Shown here: positions 19,950-20,000 of the stretch, piece after piece
Position numbering within the stretch: position 1 is the first letter of the stretch
How the letters are laid out: each line of letters starts with the position of its first letter
Assembly: GCA_013239625.1 (NCBI GenBank)
Contig: MU053493.1
Coordinates: 2,604,733-2,624,732 of the forward strand
DNA length: 20,000 nt
Direction: 5' to 3'
Origin: Lama guanicoe
Lineage: Eukaryota
Made by a program: the position numbers and the translations under genes
The notes under the pieces: generated by a model
What the model was told of the DNA's origin: nothing
The model's database searches: none
The model's input: the letters and a program-made list of their open reading frames with translations, nothing else

Positions 19950-20000
19950 CGTCCCCCTTTCTGGTAGCCATAAATTTGTTTTCTATGTGAGTCTTTTTCT
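19950..20000 (-). mobile_element. L1 3'UTR fragment, antisense, cut by the window edge
   Basis: CCCCTTTCTGGTAGCCATAAATTTGTTTTCTATGTGAGTCT is homologous to the reverse complement of ~7700-7740. Confidence 0.7.

Noticed and set aside
1..20000. A novel multi-gene biological system
   Set aside because: No operon-like structure, long ORFs or unexplained repeat arrays; the content is explained by ordinary mammalian TE remnants and unique non-coding DNA.

Overview
AT-rich, CpG-depleted mammalian genomic DNA, most likely intronic or intergenic. It is probably from a camelid (camel, alpaca, llama or vicuna), because it carries four copies of a tRNA-Ala-derived SINE resembling Vic-1 plus Laurasiatherian-type L1 3' ends. 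A large part of the window is recognisable transposable-element remnant: L1 fragments of several ages, Vic-1-like SINEs with TSDs, an ERV1-class solo LTR with a 4-bp TSD inside a MIR, MaLR (MLT1F-like, MLT1A-like) and MLT2-like LTRs, MER20, MER5A, MIR and L2. I recognise no protein-coding gene, genuine RNA gene or CRISPR array. The listed ORFs are decayed L1 ORF2 pieces or chance ORFs. I found no evidence of a novel multi-gene biological system. The most notable items are insertion and rearrangement anatomy, a few candidate regulatory clusters, and speculative short exons. Repeat family names come from recalled consensus sequences and need RepeatMasker/Dfam confirmation. Boundaries are approximate unless a TSD is given.
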